Both the position numbers and the translations under genes were made by a program. Of a DNA stretch of 64,000 nt, positions 62,461 through 64,000 are shown piece by piece. The number at the start of each line of letters is the position of its first letter. The stretch's first letter is position 1. Source of the DNA: Mustelus asterias (taxonomy: Eukaryota); the NCBI RefSeq assembly GCF_964213995.1, contig NW_027590151.1, positions 1 through 64,000 on the forward strand, given 5' to 3'. The notes under the pieces were generated by a model. It did not search any database. It was not told the origin of the DNA and saw nothing but the letters and a program-made list of their open reading frames with translations.

Positions 62461-62501
62461 GCAGCTCTGATGAAGGGTCATCCAGACTCGAAATGTCAGC
62501 T
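62461..62501 (+). ncRNA. Minimal hammerhead ribozyme motif from a second Penelope-like family (element ~62461..62562)
   Basis: AGCT CTGATGA A GGGTC ATCCA GACTC GAAA TG TC AGCT; GUC cleavage triplet. Confidence 0.65.
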
Positions 62502-63627
62502 CTATTCTCTCCCTCCAGATGCTGTCAGACCAGCTGAGATTTTCCAGCATTTTCTGTTTTTGAAACACAGGACAGGCTTGCTATCTCTGCCAAGGACAAT
62601 GTCACTAGTACAGACCCTGAAACAAGAGATTTATAATCCTGATACGATCGGATCTCAAGACCCGTACATAAACCAGCTGCCTGTGTGAAGTTTAAAGCAG
62701 GCTCTTGAGAGCAAAGAGATTTTGAAGTGATCTGTACTGACTTCAGCCCAACACCCGCACTCTGGCTCACACCAGTAAACCATTCAGAGGAGAGTGCAGC
62801 CACCAGCTACAGAGACCAGCACTCACTCTGTGTCATCTGTCTGTTTGTCCTCTGGGACTGGTAAATCATTTTCACCTGCCAGTTTGTGGGTTTCTCCTGT
62901 TTATTTGGCTTCTGTATCATATTCAAACTGTTGCTTCTCAATGAAATACTTCAAATCACTTCTGAGCTCAACACTCTTTTTGGGTAATCTGTGATTTGCC
63001 GAGCTAAATCTTACAAGTTCGGAGTGGGATCAGTCTTCGTTAAACATGAATGAAGAAGTTCCTAAGTGAAGCCAGGACTATACAATGGCACTGCCTCATT
63101 ACAGGGAATGACTGACAGTCTGACAGAGAAAACAGGCAGGCCAGGGCTGAGAGATATCCTGGGGATTGGAGAAGGTGGTGATGGGGATTACGAGTAAATC
63201 CTATATAATAGAATTTCTAAACCAGTTCAGAAAGGAGAAATTAAGTTGAAGAGGGTCCAGTATTGGTTAGAAAATATCCACAAGGTGGATGCAGATGAAC
63301 AGGGAGCTGGAGAATATTTAAAGTCCGTGCATGAAGTTTTGTTTGAACCAGATGTATTGACAACATGTCAATAATTTAAAGTTGTGTGAGATGACCTGCA
63401 CGGTGGGGAGGATGAATCAAAGTTGATCGTTATCACATTTACTGGAAAAGGTTTTATAGTTATTCTTAATGGCAGCTGAAGGGTTTGTGTTGCCGATTCT
63501 GATCATTCAAGTAGGTTTACTATGTTATCCTTGGGATGTCATCAAAAAATGAGGAAAACAAGCTCATAGTTTAGAAATAGTGAGGTTAGTAAGAAATTAG
63601 TGAGAATTCAGTAAGATATTCCTTTTC

Positions 63628-63830
63628 AAAAATAGAAAATGGGAAAATCTCAATAAGTCTGACAGCATCTGTGGAGCGAGGATATAGCCGACGTTTTGAG
63701 GCAGGGAGTCAGTCAGACTCGAAACATTGGCTCTATTCTCTCTCCGCAGATGCTGTCAGAAGTGTTGGAATTTTCCAGCATTTTCTGTTTTTGTTTCAGA
63801 TTCCAGCATCTGCAATATTTTGCTTTTATT
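63628..63830. mobile_element. Degenerate fold-back of the second Penelope-like family
   Basis: ctgacagcatctgtggag / ctccgcagatgctgtcag inverted; related fragments at ~24140, ~26925 and ~52210. Confidence 0.6.
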
Positions 63831-64000
63831 CCCTTCTCAGGGTGCGGAGATCTGTAAGGAATCACTGTGATAATATATTTAGCAATGTATTGAATATTAA
63901 AAGAATATCTCTCTCTTTCTTATCAGGAAAGCTTCCTGGGGTGACAAACACAGGACAGTGTAGGCCTGTTATATCTGCCAAGGACATGTCACTGACACAG

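Overview
Eukaryotic genomic DNA, most likely from a shark or other elasmobranch (inferred from HE1-type V-SINEs and HER1/CR1, Rex1/Babar, L2 and Penelope repeats). The window is a dense cluster of about 15 paralogous tandem C2H2 zinc-finger (ZNF) exons on both strands. About 6 are intact and the rest are frameshifted, nonsense-mutated or disrupted by insertions. No KRAB/SCAN/BTB domain is recognisable. The ZNFs are mostly arranged head-to-head around CpG islands, several of which share a modular promoter cassette (NRF1 + CCAAT + GC-box + an orphan TGGAGGACC..GGTCCTCCA inverted repeat, with YY1 motifs nearby). At least nine short Penelope-like insertions are present, most of them fold-backs and six with 9-14 bp target-site duplications. 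Several carry minimal type-I hammerhead ribozyme motifs, and those lying just downstream of promoters are antisense to the host transcript. A GalEa-like Copia LTR/gag relic was duplicated together with a ZNF pseudogene. All calls were made by eye; repeat boundaries are approximate.
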